A stretch of DNA of 64,000 nucleotides, from positions 185,216 through 249,215 of the forward strand of contig JBAZKU010000001.1 in NCBI GenBank assembly GCA_041650615.1, given 5' to 3'. The notes under the pieces were generated by a model that made no database searches, was not told the origin of the DNA, and was given only the letters and a program-made list of their open reading frames with translations. This stretch comes from Minisyncoccota bacterium (GTDB taxonomy: Bacteria > Patescibacteriota > Minisyncoccia > Phycocordibacterales > UBA9973). This document shows positions 37,649-47,778 of the stretch, in pieces (within the stretch, counting starts at the first letter, position 1; each line of letters opens with the position of its first letter). The position numbers were made by a program, and so were the translations under genes.

Positions 37649-40056
37649 TGATTTTTCCCAAGCGCCATTATAATTTTAATAACCGTATCCGGATTAAGCG
37701 ACATACTTTCTATCCCTTCATCTACAAGAAACTGCGCAAATTCCGGATAGTCTGATGGAGCCTGTCCGCAAATGCCGATATATTTCCCTTTCTCTCTGCA
37801 TTTATGAATAATTTCAGCTATAACTTTTTTAACTGCCGGATTATTTTCATTCGCAATGTGAGTAACTATTCCGGAATCGCGGTCCAATCCTAAAGTAAGC
37901 TGGGTTAAGTCATTGGAACCTATAGACATACCGTCAAAAATTTCAAGAAATTCATCACCTAGAATAATATTCGAAGGAATTTCGCACATTACGTAAACTT
38001 TTAAATTTTTATCTTTGGTTCGGTCTAATCCATGCTCTATCATTACTTCTATCACCTGTTTTGCCTCTTCGGGCGTCCTGCAAAACGGAATCATAGGAAC
38101 CACATTGGTAAAACCCATTTCTTCTCGCACTCGTTTTAATGCTTTGCATTCCAAGCCGAAAGCTACTTTGAATTTCGGGTCATAATAACGAGAAGCGCCT
38201 CGCCAGCCCAGCATTGGATTTTCTTCATGGGGTTCGTATAATTCTCCCCCGATAAGTGTGCGATATTCATTGGTTTTAAAATCGGAAAAACGAATAATAA
38301 CCTCGTGCGGATAAAAAGTAGCGGCAATTTTCGCTATTCCTAAAGCAAGGTTATCAACATAATAATCTTCTTTATTTTTATAGAGAGGCGTTAAATTATC
38401 AATTTCTTTAAGCAGTTTTTGGATATAAGAAGTTTTCTTTCCTTTTTTTAATTTTTCATAGTCAATTAGAGCATTCGGATGAAGGCGAATATGCGAGGCA
38501 ATAATAAATTCCAGTCTTCCCAGTCCCACTCCTTGCGCCGGCAAAGAATGATTTTTAAAAGCTTCATCCGGAGAACCGATATTGACCATAATTTTTGTTT
38601 TTACTTTGGGTATTTTATCCAAGCGATGTTCTATTATTTTAAATGGAATGATACCATCATAGACATTGCCGACTTGCCCGGAGGAATCTACGGTTACCCC
38701 TTGACCGTTTTTTAATATTTTTGTTGCATTATTTGATCCCACAATGCAAGGAATACCGAGTTCGCGCGAAACAATAGCGGCATGAGAAGTACGCCCGCCT
38801 TTGTCCGTCACTATAGCCGACGCAATTTTCATAATCGGTTCCCAATCCGGGTCGGTAATTTCTGTCACCAGCACTTCACCTTTTTTAAATTGATTAATAT
38901 TTTTTGCGCTGCGTAAAATACGAACCCCTCCATTGCCAATTTTTGAACCGACTGCAATACCACTTACCAATACTTTGCTTTTTTTCTCCAATTGATATTC
39001 TTTCAATACATTTTTGTCCTCTCCGGAAATAACCGTTTCGGGACGCGCCTGCACGATAAAAAGCTCACCTGTTTTGCCATCTTTCGCCCACTCAATATCC
39101 ATCGGCTGATAGCGATTATGCTTTTTTGAAAAATATTTTTCTATTTCATAGCACCACTTGGCTAGTTTTATGGCTTCTTCATCCGTCAAACAGAATTTTT
39201 GCTGGTCTTGCAAAGAAACACTTTGCTTTTTAGTACCATCTTTCGCGTAAATGAGTTTTATGTTTTTCTTGCCGATGTTTTTGCCAATAATAGGGCTTTT
39301 ATTGTTTTCTAAAGAAGGCTTGAAAATTATAAATTCATCGGGAATAACTTCGCCCTGCACAATAAATTCACCTAAGCCGTAAACACCGTTTATAACCACA
39401 ACTTTATCAAAACCCGTTTCTGTATCAATGGTAAATGCCACCCCCGAAGAAGAAAGGTCGGAACGAACCATACATTGAATCCCGACCGAAAGAGCGGTAT
39501 CAAAATGCGAAAATCCTTTATCTGCCCGATACGAAATTGCCCTATCGGTAAAAAGTGAAGCGATACATTTCTTGGTCGCAATAAGCACATTTTCAATGCC
39601 ATGTATATTCAAATAAGTTTCTTGCTGTCCAGCGAATGAAGCGCCCGGAAGGTCCTCAGCGGTTGCCGATGAACGAACCGCCACATCTCTTCCCTTTCCA
39701 TACTTTTTTTCCAATTCTTCATACGCTTTGGCAATTGCATCCTGAAGGTCTTGCGGTAAAATTGATTTTAAAATTTCTCCCCGAACTTTCTTCCCGCGAA
39801 TTTGAAGATTGCGAATATCTTTCGTATTGAGATCGGAGAGAATTTCTTTTATTTTTTCATCTAAACCCGTTCTCTTAAAAAAATGGCGATAGGCATCCGC
39901 CGTCAAAGCAAAACCATCCGGCACATTTACACCAAGAGGCACTAGATTGGAATACATTTCTCCCAGAGCTGCATTTTTGCCTCCAACCGATGAAACATCG
40001 GTGATTCCCACCTCATTAAACCATTTCACAAAATTTTCTTTTTTTTCTTCTATCAT
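37645..40056 (-). CDS. ppsA: Phosphoenolpyruvate synthase
   Basis: VRSSATAED, TSHAAIVSRE and SIGSNDLTQ. Confidence 0.97.
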   Translation of the reverse strand: MIEEKKENFVKWFNEVGITDVSSVGGKNAALGEMYSNLVPLGVNVPDGFALTADAYRHFFKRTGLDEKIKEILSDLNTKDIRNLQIRGKKVRGEILKSILPQDLQDAIAKAYEELEKKYGKGRDVAVRSSATAEDLPGASFAGQQETYLNIHGIENVLIATKKCIASLFTDRAISYRADKGFSHFDTALSVGIQCMVRSDLSSSGVAFTIDTETGFDKVVVINGVYGLGEFIVQGEVIPDEFIIFKPSLENNKSPIIGKNIGKKNIKLIYAKDGTKKQSVSLQDQQKFCLTDEEAIKLAKWCYEIEKYFSKKHNRYQPMDIEWAKDGKTGELFIVQARPETVISGEDKNVLKEYQLEKKSKVLVSGIAVGSKIGNGGVRILRSAKNINQFKKGEVLVTEITDPDWEPIMKIASAIVTDKGGRTSHAAIVSRELGIPCIVGSNNATKILKNGQGVTVDSSGQVGNVYDGIIPFKIIEHRLDKIPKVKTKIMVNIGSPDEAFKNHSLPAQGVGLGRLEFIIASHIRLHPNALIDYEKLKKGKKTSYIQKLLKEIDNLTPLYKNKEDYYVDNLALGIAKIAATFYPHEVIIRFSDFKTNEYRTLIGGELYEPHEENPMLGWRGASRYYDPKFKVAFGLECKALKRVREEMGFTNVVPMIPFCRTPEEAKQVIEVMIEHGLDRTKDKNLKVYVMCEIPSNIILGDEFLEIFDGMSIGSNDLTQLTLGLDRDSGIVTHIANENNPAVKKVIAEIIHKCREKGKYIGICGQAPSDYPEFAQFLVDEGIESMSLNPDTVIKIIMALGKNQ

Positions 40057-40076
40057 ATTTGATTATTATAGCATAT

Positions 40077-41324
40077 TTAAAAAAATTTATTTTTTGAAAT
40101 TTTGATTAGTCTATCGTATTTCACCTTCCTTTCCGGTTTTAATGGAGCGCCGGATTTTAAGCCAAAACAGCCAAAAGCGTAGGCGAGATCAGCGATAAAA
40201 TCATCGTCTGTCTCCCCGCTTCGATGAGAAATAATCAGTTCAATCCCGTTTTCTTTAGCCAATTTCATTGTTTCAAGTGTTTCGGAAAGTGTGCCGATTT
40301 GATTTGGTTTTATAATCATGGCATTGATGCTTCCTTTTTCTATCGCTTTTGCTAAAAGATTTCTATTAGTGACAGTTAAATCATCTCCTACTACCAAAAG
40401 ACCTTTCTTCAATCCAAATAAAGTTCTATTACTTTCCTTCAATTTTCTGAAACTTTCAAAATTTTCTTCATCAAAAGGGTCCTCAATGGAAAACAGTTTG
40501 AATTCATCAATCAAAGAGCCATAAATTTTTATTAATTCTTCTTTTAAAATATACTCACCATCAATTTTATATTTTCCATTCTCATAAAAAGATGAAGCGG
40601 CCACATCCAGAGCAAGTTTTACTTTTTTTTCTAAATTATTTTCTTTAATCGCTCTTTTTAAGAATTCCAACGGTTTTTTTATATCATCTATCTTTGGCGC
40701 AAAACCTCCTTCATCTCCCAAAATAATTGATTCCACGCCCAATTCTTCTAAAATTATTTCTTTCAGAGAATTTTGTATTTTGATTCCTATTTCAACCGCT
40801 TTGTCCGCATCGTTAACAATAGGCACAACATGATATTCTTGAAAGGCCAGATTATTATCAGTATGCTTCCCCCCTTCTATTAAATTCATATATAAATAAG
40901 GGATTTTTCTGGAAAATTTTATTTTAGCAAGCGTTCTCAGGTATTCAAAAGTTTCCAGATTAAAAACTTTAGCTGCCACTTTGGCGCAAGCAATACTTAC
41001 ACCAATAATTGCATTTCCACCTAAATTGTCTTTATTGGAAGTCCCATCTAATTTAATCATGATTCCATCAATCACTTCTTGATTCAGCACATTCTGGCCA
41101 ACCAAGGCGGGAGCAATTATATTATTTACTTTCTCTATGGCTCCTTTTATTCCTTTCCCATCCGCATCTCTCAATTCATGCGCTTCGTGAGTACCTGTAC
41201 TTGCCCCCGACGGCACAGCAAAACTACCGTATTTATCGCCAGCCCACATTGTTACTTTAATAGTCGGATTCCCTCGTGAATCTTTTATTTCTTCTGCTAT
41301 AATTTTAGTGATTTTTTTATCCAT
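40077..41324 (-). CDS. eno: Enolase
   Basis: DSRGNPT, GDEGG and SHRSGET. Confidence 0.96.
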   Translation of the reverse strand: MDKKITKIIAEEIKDSRGNPTIKVTMWAGDKYGSFAVPSGASTGTHEAHELRDADGKGIKGAIEKVNNIIAPALVGQNVLNQEVIDGIMIKLDGTSNKDNLGGNAIIGVSIACAKVAAKVFNLETFEYLRTLAKIKFSRKIPYLYMNLIEGGKHTDNNLAFQEYHVVPIVNDADKAVEIGIKIQNSLKEIILEELGVESIILGDEGGFAPKIDDIKKPLEFLKRAIKENNLEKKVKLALDVAASSFYENGKYKIDGEYILKEELIKIYGSLIDEFKLFSIEDPFDEENFESFRKLKESNRTLFGLKKGLLVVGDDLTVTNRNLLAKAIEKGSINAMIIKPNQIGTLSETLETMKLAKENGIELIISHRSGETDDDFIADLAYAFGCFGLKSGAPLKPERKVKYDRLIKISKNKFF

Positions 41325-41402
41325 CCCGTTAGAAATTTATGCTTAATTATTAATACTCAACTTTAATATCCCGTTTTCAGTATTTGTGTTATTTCTAACG
41401 GG
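41325..41402. mobile_element. CCCGTTAG-TIR element at the eno start codon
   Basis: TCCAT-[CCCGTTAGAAAT..ATTTCTAACGGG]-A-TCCAT. Confidence 0.88.
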
Positions 41403-41412
41403 ATCCATTTTT

Positions 41413-42687
41413 TTATTTTTTCGTTAAAAGAATCATTAGGTCTGAAACATTTGAACCGGTGGAACCCGTCATAATCAAATCGCCGGATTTCTGGAAAATT
41501 GAATAGGAGTCAAAGCGTTCCAAGTAATCTGAAACATTTAAATCTAATTTATTTATTTTTTTTATGGTATTTTTATCCACTATCGTTCCCGCTGCATTAC
41601 TATTATCCATTCCATCGGAAGCAAATGATATAAAAACAGAATTGTCACCAATCAGTTTCATTTTTATCGCTTTCAATCCCATATGAAGATTTCTTCCCCC
41701 CTTACCCTCATTATTCTTAACTACAATGCGAGGCTCCCCGGCAACCAAGACAACAGAATCACTTTTTTGAGCTGAAAATATTTTTTTAAGCGCTCTTCCT
41801 ACTTCATCATATAAATTGGTTGAGAGAATGTTTATCCCCAGATTAAATTCTTGCGCTTTTTTTGTCATCGCCTCCACGGCGGTTTTATTTGAAACAAGAA
41901 TAAAATTGTGAACATTTTCAAAATATTTATCTTCTTTGGGTGTTTCTATCAACTCAAACTTTCCTAAATTATTTTCTGTAATAATTTTTTCTGCATCAGC
42001 TATAGTGGTATTATCTTTATAGGTCGGTCCGGAAGCGACATTTTCAAAATTATCTCCTGGAATATCTGAAAAAATAAGGCTGATAACCGTAGCTGGATAA
42101 GCGATTTTGGCTAAACCTCCGCCCTTTAAAAGAGATAAATGTTTCCTAACGGTATTTATTTCAGCTATTGTTTTGCCAGATTTTAAAAATGCATCATATA
42201 GCTTAGCACCTTCCACGCATTCATTTTCCGGATAGCAAAGAAGGGCGGAACCGCCGCCAGAAACAATAACAATAACAAGGTCTTCTTCATTTGATTCTTT
42301 TGCCAATTCATATATTTTTTTTCCGGCTTCCATATTCACTTCAGAAGGTCTTGGATGCGTACCGGCAAAAATTTTTATATATTTACTGTCAACTTTATTA
42401 AGGTCAATGACAGCTCCCTCACTTACTCTTCGCCCTAAAATTTTCTCCAGCGCTAAGGCTGCTTCACTGGCGGATTTGCCGAAACCGAGAATTTTTATTT
42501 TTTTATATTTCGCTAAGTTGAACGATTCCCCTTTTATAAATAAAATGTTATCTGCCACAGATATAAAAGATTTTATAACTTTCTCTGTATTTATAGCATT
42601 CAGCCCAGCCTCCATTATTTCCAACGCTATTTCACGATTTGAAGTTGTGGCAAGCTCGTCAAAATTTTTAATGGATCGTTTTTCCAT
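41413..42687 (-). CDS. Glycerate 2-kinase (MOFRL family)
   Basis: HP.P, SGGGSAL, KGGGLA, ASGPT, GGRN and TGSNVSD. Confidence 0.92.
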   Translation of the reverse strand: MEKRSIKNFDELATTSNREIALEIMEAGLNAINTEKVIKSFISVADNILFIKGESFNLAKYKKIKILGFGKSASEAALALEKILGRRVSEGAVIDLNKVDSKYIKIFAGTHPRPSEVNMEAGKKIYELAKESNEEDLVIVIVSGGGSALLCYPENECVEGAKLYDAFLKSGKTIAEINTVRKHLSLLKGGGLAKIAYPATVISLIFSDIPGDNFENVASGPTYKDNTTIADAEKIITENNLGKFELIETPKEDKYFENVHNFILVSNKTAVEAMTKKAQEFNLGINILSTNLYDEVGRALKKIFSAQKSDSVVLVAGEPRIVVKNNEGKGGRNLHMGLKAIKMKLIGDNSVFISFASDGMDNSNAAGTIVDKNTIKKINKLDLNVSDYLERFDSYSIFQKSGDLIMTGSTGSNVSDLMILLTKK

Positions 42688-42693
42688 ATTTTT

Positions 42694-43614
42694 CTATAAA
42701 TATTGTTTGATTACCTCAGCCGATTTTTTTAATTTTTCTTTTTCTTCGGCAGTCAATTCAATCGGCCAGGACTTAATGATACCGGCACTTCCGACAACTG
42801 CCGGAATTCCGAGGCAAACACCGCTAATTCCATTCCCCTCATCTAAGCGATGAGAAGCGGGAAGAATCTTGTTTTGATTGAATAATATCGCTTCAACAAT
42901 ATCTGCCACCACCATGGCAATACCATAATAAGTTGCCCCTTTTCTGTTGATTATTTCATAAGCCTCTTTTTTAACCATTTCTTCTATATTATTTCTTTCT
43001 TCTTCTGTAAGCATATCTTTTGCCATTTTTCCTCCGATACTGACGGTGCTCCAGGCGATAAATTCACTATCCCCATGTTCGCCAAGAACAAAACCTTCTA
43101 TCTGATTGCTGTCTGTGTCAAAATGCCGAGCTAAATTTAAATGGAGTCTTGCCGTATCCAAACCCGTCCCAGTACCAAAAACTTGCCCCTTTGGCAAACC
43201 GGAAATTTCTTGAGCCAAATAAGTAATGATATCTACCGGATTGCTTACAACCACTATGACAGTGGACGATTTAATTTGTCCTATCTCTTTAAAAATAGAA
43301 GAAACAATATTTTTATTTTTTGCCACCAAATCCAATCTTGTTTCTCCGGGTTTTTGCGCTACTCCGGCTGTTAAAATTATAATATCCGCATCGGCAGCCT
43401 CTTTTAAACTGCCCACTTTTACGTTTTCTGTTTCTGAAAAAGACAATCCGTCGCCAATATCCAAAACCTCGCCTTTAACTTTTTCACTATTTATATCTAC
43501 CAACGATATTTCAGACCCCAGATTCTTAACCATAAGTGTATAGGCAACAGTTGAACCGACAGCCCCGGCGCCGATAATAGTTATTTTTTGTTTTAAATTG
43601 TTTTTATCATTCAT
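42694..43614 (-). CDS. ldh: L-lactate dehydrogenase
   Basis: GAGAVG, AQKPGETRLDL (Gln specificity residue) and GEHGDS. Confidence 0.92.
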   Translation of the reverse strand: MNDKNNLKQKITIIGAGAVGSTVAYTLMVKNLGSEISLVDINSEKVKGEVLDIGDGLSFSETENVKVGSLKEAADADIIILTAGVAQKPGETRLDLVAKNKNIVSSIFKEIGQIKSSTVIVVVSNPVDIITYLAQEISGLPKGQVFGTGTGLDTARLHLNLARHFDTDSNQIEGFVLGEHGDSEFIAWSTVSIGGKMAKDMLTEEERNNIEEMVKKEAYEIINRKGATYYGIAMVVADIVEAILFNQNKILPASHRLDEGNGISGVCLGIPAVVGSAGIIKSWPIELTAEEKEKLKKSAEVIKQYL

Positions 43615-43634
43615 GTTGTCTATATAATACCATA

Positions 43635-44012
43635 TTATTCAAACAAATTCTTTAAAAAAGAGAAGAAACTTTCCTCGTCAGTCTTTGGCTGTATTGCTGT
43701 AGAATTCTTGTCATCAGTAATCATAATCATATTCTCGCCCTCTTTGGCTACGCCATAATTTTCCCTAATGACTTCCTCTATCCCTTTTTCTGTTTTTAAT
43801 TTATTAATTTCCGAGCTGAGTTCCGTTTTTGATTTCTCTAATTCTATAATCTTATCTTCCACTATTTTTCTATTTTTTATGGTTTCTTTCATTTTACTCA
43901 TAAAACTGAAGGTGCTGAAAATAAAAACAAGTATCACGATACTCAAAAATATCAAAAAAGGTTTAGATTGCACTATATGTTTTAGCCTCTCCTTTTTTTG
44001 AAAATTTCTCAT
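43635..44012 (-). CDS. Septum formation initiator (FtsB/DivIC-like)
   Basis: TM helix, coiled coil and IE..IRE.YG..KEGE. Confidence 0.85.
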   Translation of the reverse strand: MRNFQKKERLKHIVQSKPFLIFLSIVILVFIFSTFSFMSKMKETIKNRKIVEDKIIELEKSKTELSSEINKLKTEKGIEEVIRENYGVAKEGENMIMITDDKNSTAIQPKTDEESFFSFLKNLFE

Positions 44013-44035
44013 ATATATGATAATATCATTATTAT

Positions 44036-44149
44036 ATGTTTTTCAATAAAAAACACCAAAAGAAAATACAGATGATTTGGGCAGTGATTTGCGTATTGAT
44101 TATAATAAGTATGATTTTGCTTTATTCTCCTATTTTCCAATTGAAATAA
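44036..44149 (+). CDS. 37-aa single-TM microprotein (not in ORF track)
   Basis: MFFNKKHQKKIQMIWAVICVLIIISMILLYSPIFQLK fills the gap to the lepA stop. Confidence 0.65.
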   Translation: MFFNKKHQKKIQMIWAVICVLIIISMILLYSPIFQLK

Positions 44150-44150
44150 A

Positions 44151-45992
44151 TTAATTGTTTTCCGTGCGCATCATTTTTAGGAACACGTCTTGCGGGATGT
44201 TTACTCGCCCGCGTTCTTTCATTTTCTTTTTACCTTTCTTTTGTTTTTCGCGAAGTTTCATTTTGCGAGTGATATCTCCTCCATACATATGCTGAGTAAC
44301 GTCTTTTTTCATACCGGAAAGAGTGCGAGAAGAAATAATCCGCCCTAAAGCTTTGCCTTGGATTTTCAAAGTAAACATTTGCCGAGGTAAGATACTTTCT
44401 AATTTAATAACTGCTTTTTCTGCTTCCTCCCCTGCTCTCTTTTTAGCGATAACTCTGGAAAAAGCCGGTATAACTTCATTGGCCACCAGAAGATCAAGCC
44501 GAGTGACATTTGCCTCGCGCATGTCATCCATTTCATAAGAGATAGACCCATAACCGGATGAAACACTTTTTAATTCATCAAAAAAATTGCGCATAAGCTC
44601 GCGCAACGGCATCTTGACGGAAATGGACGAGCGATTATTTCCAAAATTATCTGTTTCGCCTATCTCCGCTTCGTGATCAAAAAGAAGTTGCATAATATTA
44701 CCGAGATATTTTACCGGGGTGATTATTTTTAATTTTACCCATGGTTCCATTACGGTTTCTATCTCTCCATCATCTGGAAAGTGATATGGAGAATAGACTT
44801 TTTCTTTTTTGCCTTTTTTTGTCGTGACTTCGTAAGTGATAGAAGGCGTAGTTATGACCAATTTTAAATTAAATTCTCGTTTCAATCTCTCCGTAATAAT
44901 TTCCAAATGAAGCATTCCCAAGAAACCACACCTGAAACCGCGTCCGAGAGACCCGCTTGATTCTTCTTCATAAGAAAAAGAAGAGTCAGAAAGTTTTAAT
45001 TTTCCCAAAGCCAGTTTGAGTTCTGAAAAATCGTCCGCATTTTCTGGAAAAACAGATGCCCAAACAACAGGCATAGGCTGCATATACCCCGGCAGCGCAG
45101 GCAACGGATTTTTTTCTTTGGTAATAGTATCTCCGACAGAAGCTATTCCGGGTCTTTTTATGCCCGTAACAATATAGCCTGTATCCCCCGCTGAAAGAAA
45201 ATCGCGCAGAGTTTCTTCCGGCGAAAAAGTGCCAACTTCCAAAGAATTGAATTTTTCGCCCGAGACTGAAAAAATCAAACTTTCTCCTTTTCTGACTGTG
45301 CCGTCCAATAATCTGATAAAAATTATCACTCCTCTATGATTTGAATATTTAAAATCAAAAACAAGCGCGCGTAAAATGTTGTCCCTCGACGAGTTCGCCT
45401 CGCTTCCGCTAAGGTGAAGCGGGTAACTTTCCCTGGGAGATGGAATACGTTTTACAATTTCATTTAAAAGATTTTCCACTCCCTCGCCTGTGCGTCCGGA
45501 AACTAGAAGTATCTCATTAGGATTGCAACCTAGAAGGTCTATGACCTCTTTTTTTACCTCTTCTACCCGAGCCAATGGCGAATCAATTTTAGAGAGCACT
45601 GGGATGATTTTAAGGCCTCCCTCGCGCGCCATATTAAGCGTAGTAAGGGTTTGAGCCTGCACACCCTGTGTTGCATCAACCAGTAAAATAGAGCCTTCTA
45701 CGGCCTTTAAAGCGCGAGAAACTTCGTAAGAAAAATCTATATGCCCAGGGGTATCTATAAGGTTTAAAACGAAGGATGGTCCTTCGTTTTTAGGTGTATA
45801 TTCCATTCTGACAGGTTGCATTTTAATAGTAATCCCGCGTTCGCGTTCAAGTTCCATAGTATCAAGAACTTGGTCCCGCATTTTACGTTCAGGAATGGTA
45901 TGCGTAATTTCCAACATCCTGTCCGCCAAAGTGCTTTTTCCATGATCTATGTGCGCTATAATACTAAAATTTCTGATATGCCTTAAATCCAT
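44151..45992 (-). CDS. lepA: Elongation factor 4 with an in-frame insertion
   Basis: AHIDHGKSTLADR, GFRCGFLGMLH and YGGDITRK. Confidence 0.97.
   Translation of the reverse strand: MDLRHIRNFSIIAHIDHGKSTLADRMLEITHTIPERKMRDQVLDTMELERERGITIKMQPVRMEYTPKNEGPSFVLNLIDTPGHIDFSYEVSRALKAVEGSILLVDATQGVQAQTLTTLNMAREGGLKIIPVLSKIDSPLARVEEVKKEVIDLLGCNPNEILLVSGRTGEGVENLLNEIVKRIPSPRESYPLHLSGSEANSSRDNILRALVFDFKYSNHRGVIIFIRLLDGTVRKGESLIFSVSGEKFNSLEVGTFSPEETLRDFLSAGDTGYIVTGIKRPGIASVGDTITKEKNPLPALPGYMQPMPVVWASVFPENADDFSELKLALGKLKLSDSSFSYEEESSGSLGRGFRCGFLGMLHLEIITERLKREFNLKLVITTPSITYEVTTKKGKKEKVYSPYHFPDDGEIETVMEPWVKLKIITPVKYLGNIMQLLFDHEAEIGETDNFGNNRSSISVKMPLRELMRNFFDELKSVSSGYGSISYEMDDMREANVTRLDLLVANEVIPAFSRVIAKKRAGEEAEKAVIKLESILPRQMFTLKIQGKALGRIISSRTLSGMKKDVTQHMYGGDITRKMKLREKQKKGKKKMKERGRVNIPQDVFLKMMRTENN
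45381..45424. repeat. Composite GC-rich hairpin insertion in lepA
   Basis: CCCTCGACGAGTTCG plus CCTCGCTTCCGCTAAGGTGAAGCGGG; encodes PLHLSGSEANSSRD in the G-domain/domain II linker. Confidence 0.7.
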
Positions 45993-46037
45993 ATTTCAAA
46001 TATAACAGAACTCTCTTCCCCACACCAGTGGGGGTTG

Positions 46038-47717
46038 TTAAAGTTCCTCCTGAGGAGCAACAAGAACTTTCGTGCGCCAAAATTTTGTCTTGAAAACTTT
46101 TATAATATCTCTTAATTCTTCACTCTTCAAAAGATACAAGACCAAAACACCGGCGCCAATACCTAAAATTCCGGAAATAAATCCCTGTAAGAAAATTCCC
46201 CAACCGGTGGTAGTGTCAAAAATCGGTGAAAAAATGTTCAAACCTATATAAGTTACAAGCCCGATAAAAAACGAAGCACCCAAACTTTGGAAAGAGGTTT
46301 TAGAGATAAAAGATTCGTGTTCCATAAAATCTCTTCTGACAAAATACCAATGCAAAATAAAATTCAAAATAGTACCGATAGAATATGCCAGCGGCAACAT
46401 TAACATTTCCGTGCCAACAATATCTGAAACTTTCAGTAAAGATTCTATAAAATAACGGAAAAGAGCAAAAGTTTCAAAGAGATAGAGAAGTATATAAGCT
46501 AAAAATATAATTAAAATAGAACAAAATAAATTAACCATTAACGGACGCTTGGTATCCCCAGCCGCATAATAAACGCGGGATAAAAGAGCGGTCATCCCTT
46601 GCGCCACAGTTGAGACAGCAAAAATCGCTAGAGCTGCTGCCACCAGACGGGTATCGTCCCAAGAAAAAGATCCGGAACCAAGCAATACACGTACAATCTG
46701 AGCGCGAAGGACGATAAATAAAAATGTTACGGGAAGCGACCAAAATATTATTTGCCTGGCCGTGGATTTTAAATGTTTTTTAAATTCATCTTTTTTTTCA
46801 CAAGCAAAAGATTTTACCAATGTTGGAAAAGCGGCTACGGCAAAAGATATTCCAATTATATTAAGTGGTACTGATTGAAGATTAAAGGAAAAATTAAAAA
46901 TTGAAATTGAACCGCTCGGCAAATAAGAAGCAAAGGCAATGATTGAAATAAGAGCAATACTGTTAAAAGCAAGACCTAAAGTTCTGGGAAGTGAAATAAG
47001 TGCTACACGTTTGATTTCTTTAAAGTTTATAGAAAAAGAAAATTTTGGTACAAATCCGCACCCAAAGGAAGCAAACACTTGCACTAGACAATGCATAAAC
47101 GCTCCCAAAACAACGCCTAAGACCAAACCGTTGATTCCAAAAATCGGATACAAAAAAACAACTCCTGCGATGATGCCAAGATTATAAAAAATAGGGCTTA
47201 AAGAATATACAAAAAACTTGTGAAAAAGTTGAGTAACCGTACCAAAAAGACCTGAAAGACCCATCAAAATCGGGGAAAGCAACATTATCCTTGAGAGTAA
47301 AACTACTTTTGCCTGCATTACTGGCGTAAACCCCGGCGCAATAAAAGATGTTAAAAAAGGCATAATAAAAAAAGCGATAATAGCCGCAAAAACCATAGTT
47401 GCAAAAAAAACAGTAAAAATATTATTAAAGAATTTGCGTGCGCTGTCTGTAATTTCTTCTCCATTCATTTTTTCCACAATGAATGGAATAATCACGGTTA
47501 TAGAAGCAAGAGAGGCGACGGAAATAAAGATTAAATCCGGTACACGAAAAGCGGCATAATAAGCATCAAGTTGTGGCGATGGACCGATAAAGTGCGCAAT
47601 ATTTCTATCACGAAAAAGCGCTAAAATTTGAGAAAGAAGAGTAAAACAACCCATTAGGAGCGCCGCTTGGTTTATATTCCCATATTCCTTACTGAAAATT
47701 TTCAAGATCTTCTGCAT
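46038..47717 (-). CDS. murJ: Lipid II flippase MurJ (MviN)
   Basis: LDAYYAAFRVPD, P..YNLGII, polytopic membrane protein. Confidence 0.92.
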   Translation of the reverse strand: MQKILKIFSKEYGNINQAALLMGCFTLLSQILALFRDRNIAHFIGPSPQLDAYYAAFRVPDLIFISVASLASITVIIPFIVEKMNGEEITDSARKFFNNIFTVFFATMVFAAIIAFFIMPFLTSFIAPGFTPVMQAKVVLLSRIMLLSPILMGLSGLFGTVTQLFHKFFVYSLSPIFYNLGIIAGVVFLYPIFGINGLVLGVVLGAFMHCLVQVFASFGCGFVPKFSFSINFKEIKRVALISLPRTLGLAFNSIALISIIAFASYLPSGSISIFNFSFNLQSVPLNIIGISFAVAAFPTLVKSFACEKKDEFKKHLKSTARQIIFWSLPVTFLFIVLRAQIVRVLLGSGSFSWDDTRLVAAALAIFAVSTVAQGMTALLSRVYYAAGDTKRPLMVNLFCSILIIFLAYILLYLFETFALFRYFIESLLKVSDIVGTEMLMLPLAYSIGTILNFILHWYFVRRDFMEHESFISKTSFQSLGASFFIGLVTYIGLNIFSPIFDTTTGWGIFLQGFISGILGIGAGVLVLYLLKSEELRDIIKVFKTKFWRTKVLVAPQEEL

Positions 47718-47721
47718 TTGA

Positions 47722-47774
47722 TTAGGTTCTAGATTCTAGGTTCTAGCAACTAGTCACTAACACCTAGAAACCAA
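47722..47774. repeat. Heptameric CTAG-periodic repeat
   Basis: TTAGGTT-CTAGATT-CTAGGTT-CTAGCAA-CTAGTCA-CTAACAC-CTAGAAA. Confidence 0.75.
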
Positions 47775-47778
47775 TTTG

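Noticed and set aside
46016-46036. CCCCACACCAGTGGGG hairpin as another element family with 13376-13412
   Set aside because: Too short to distinguish from ordinary terminator hairpins without more copies.
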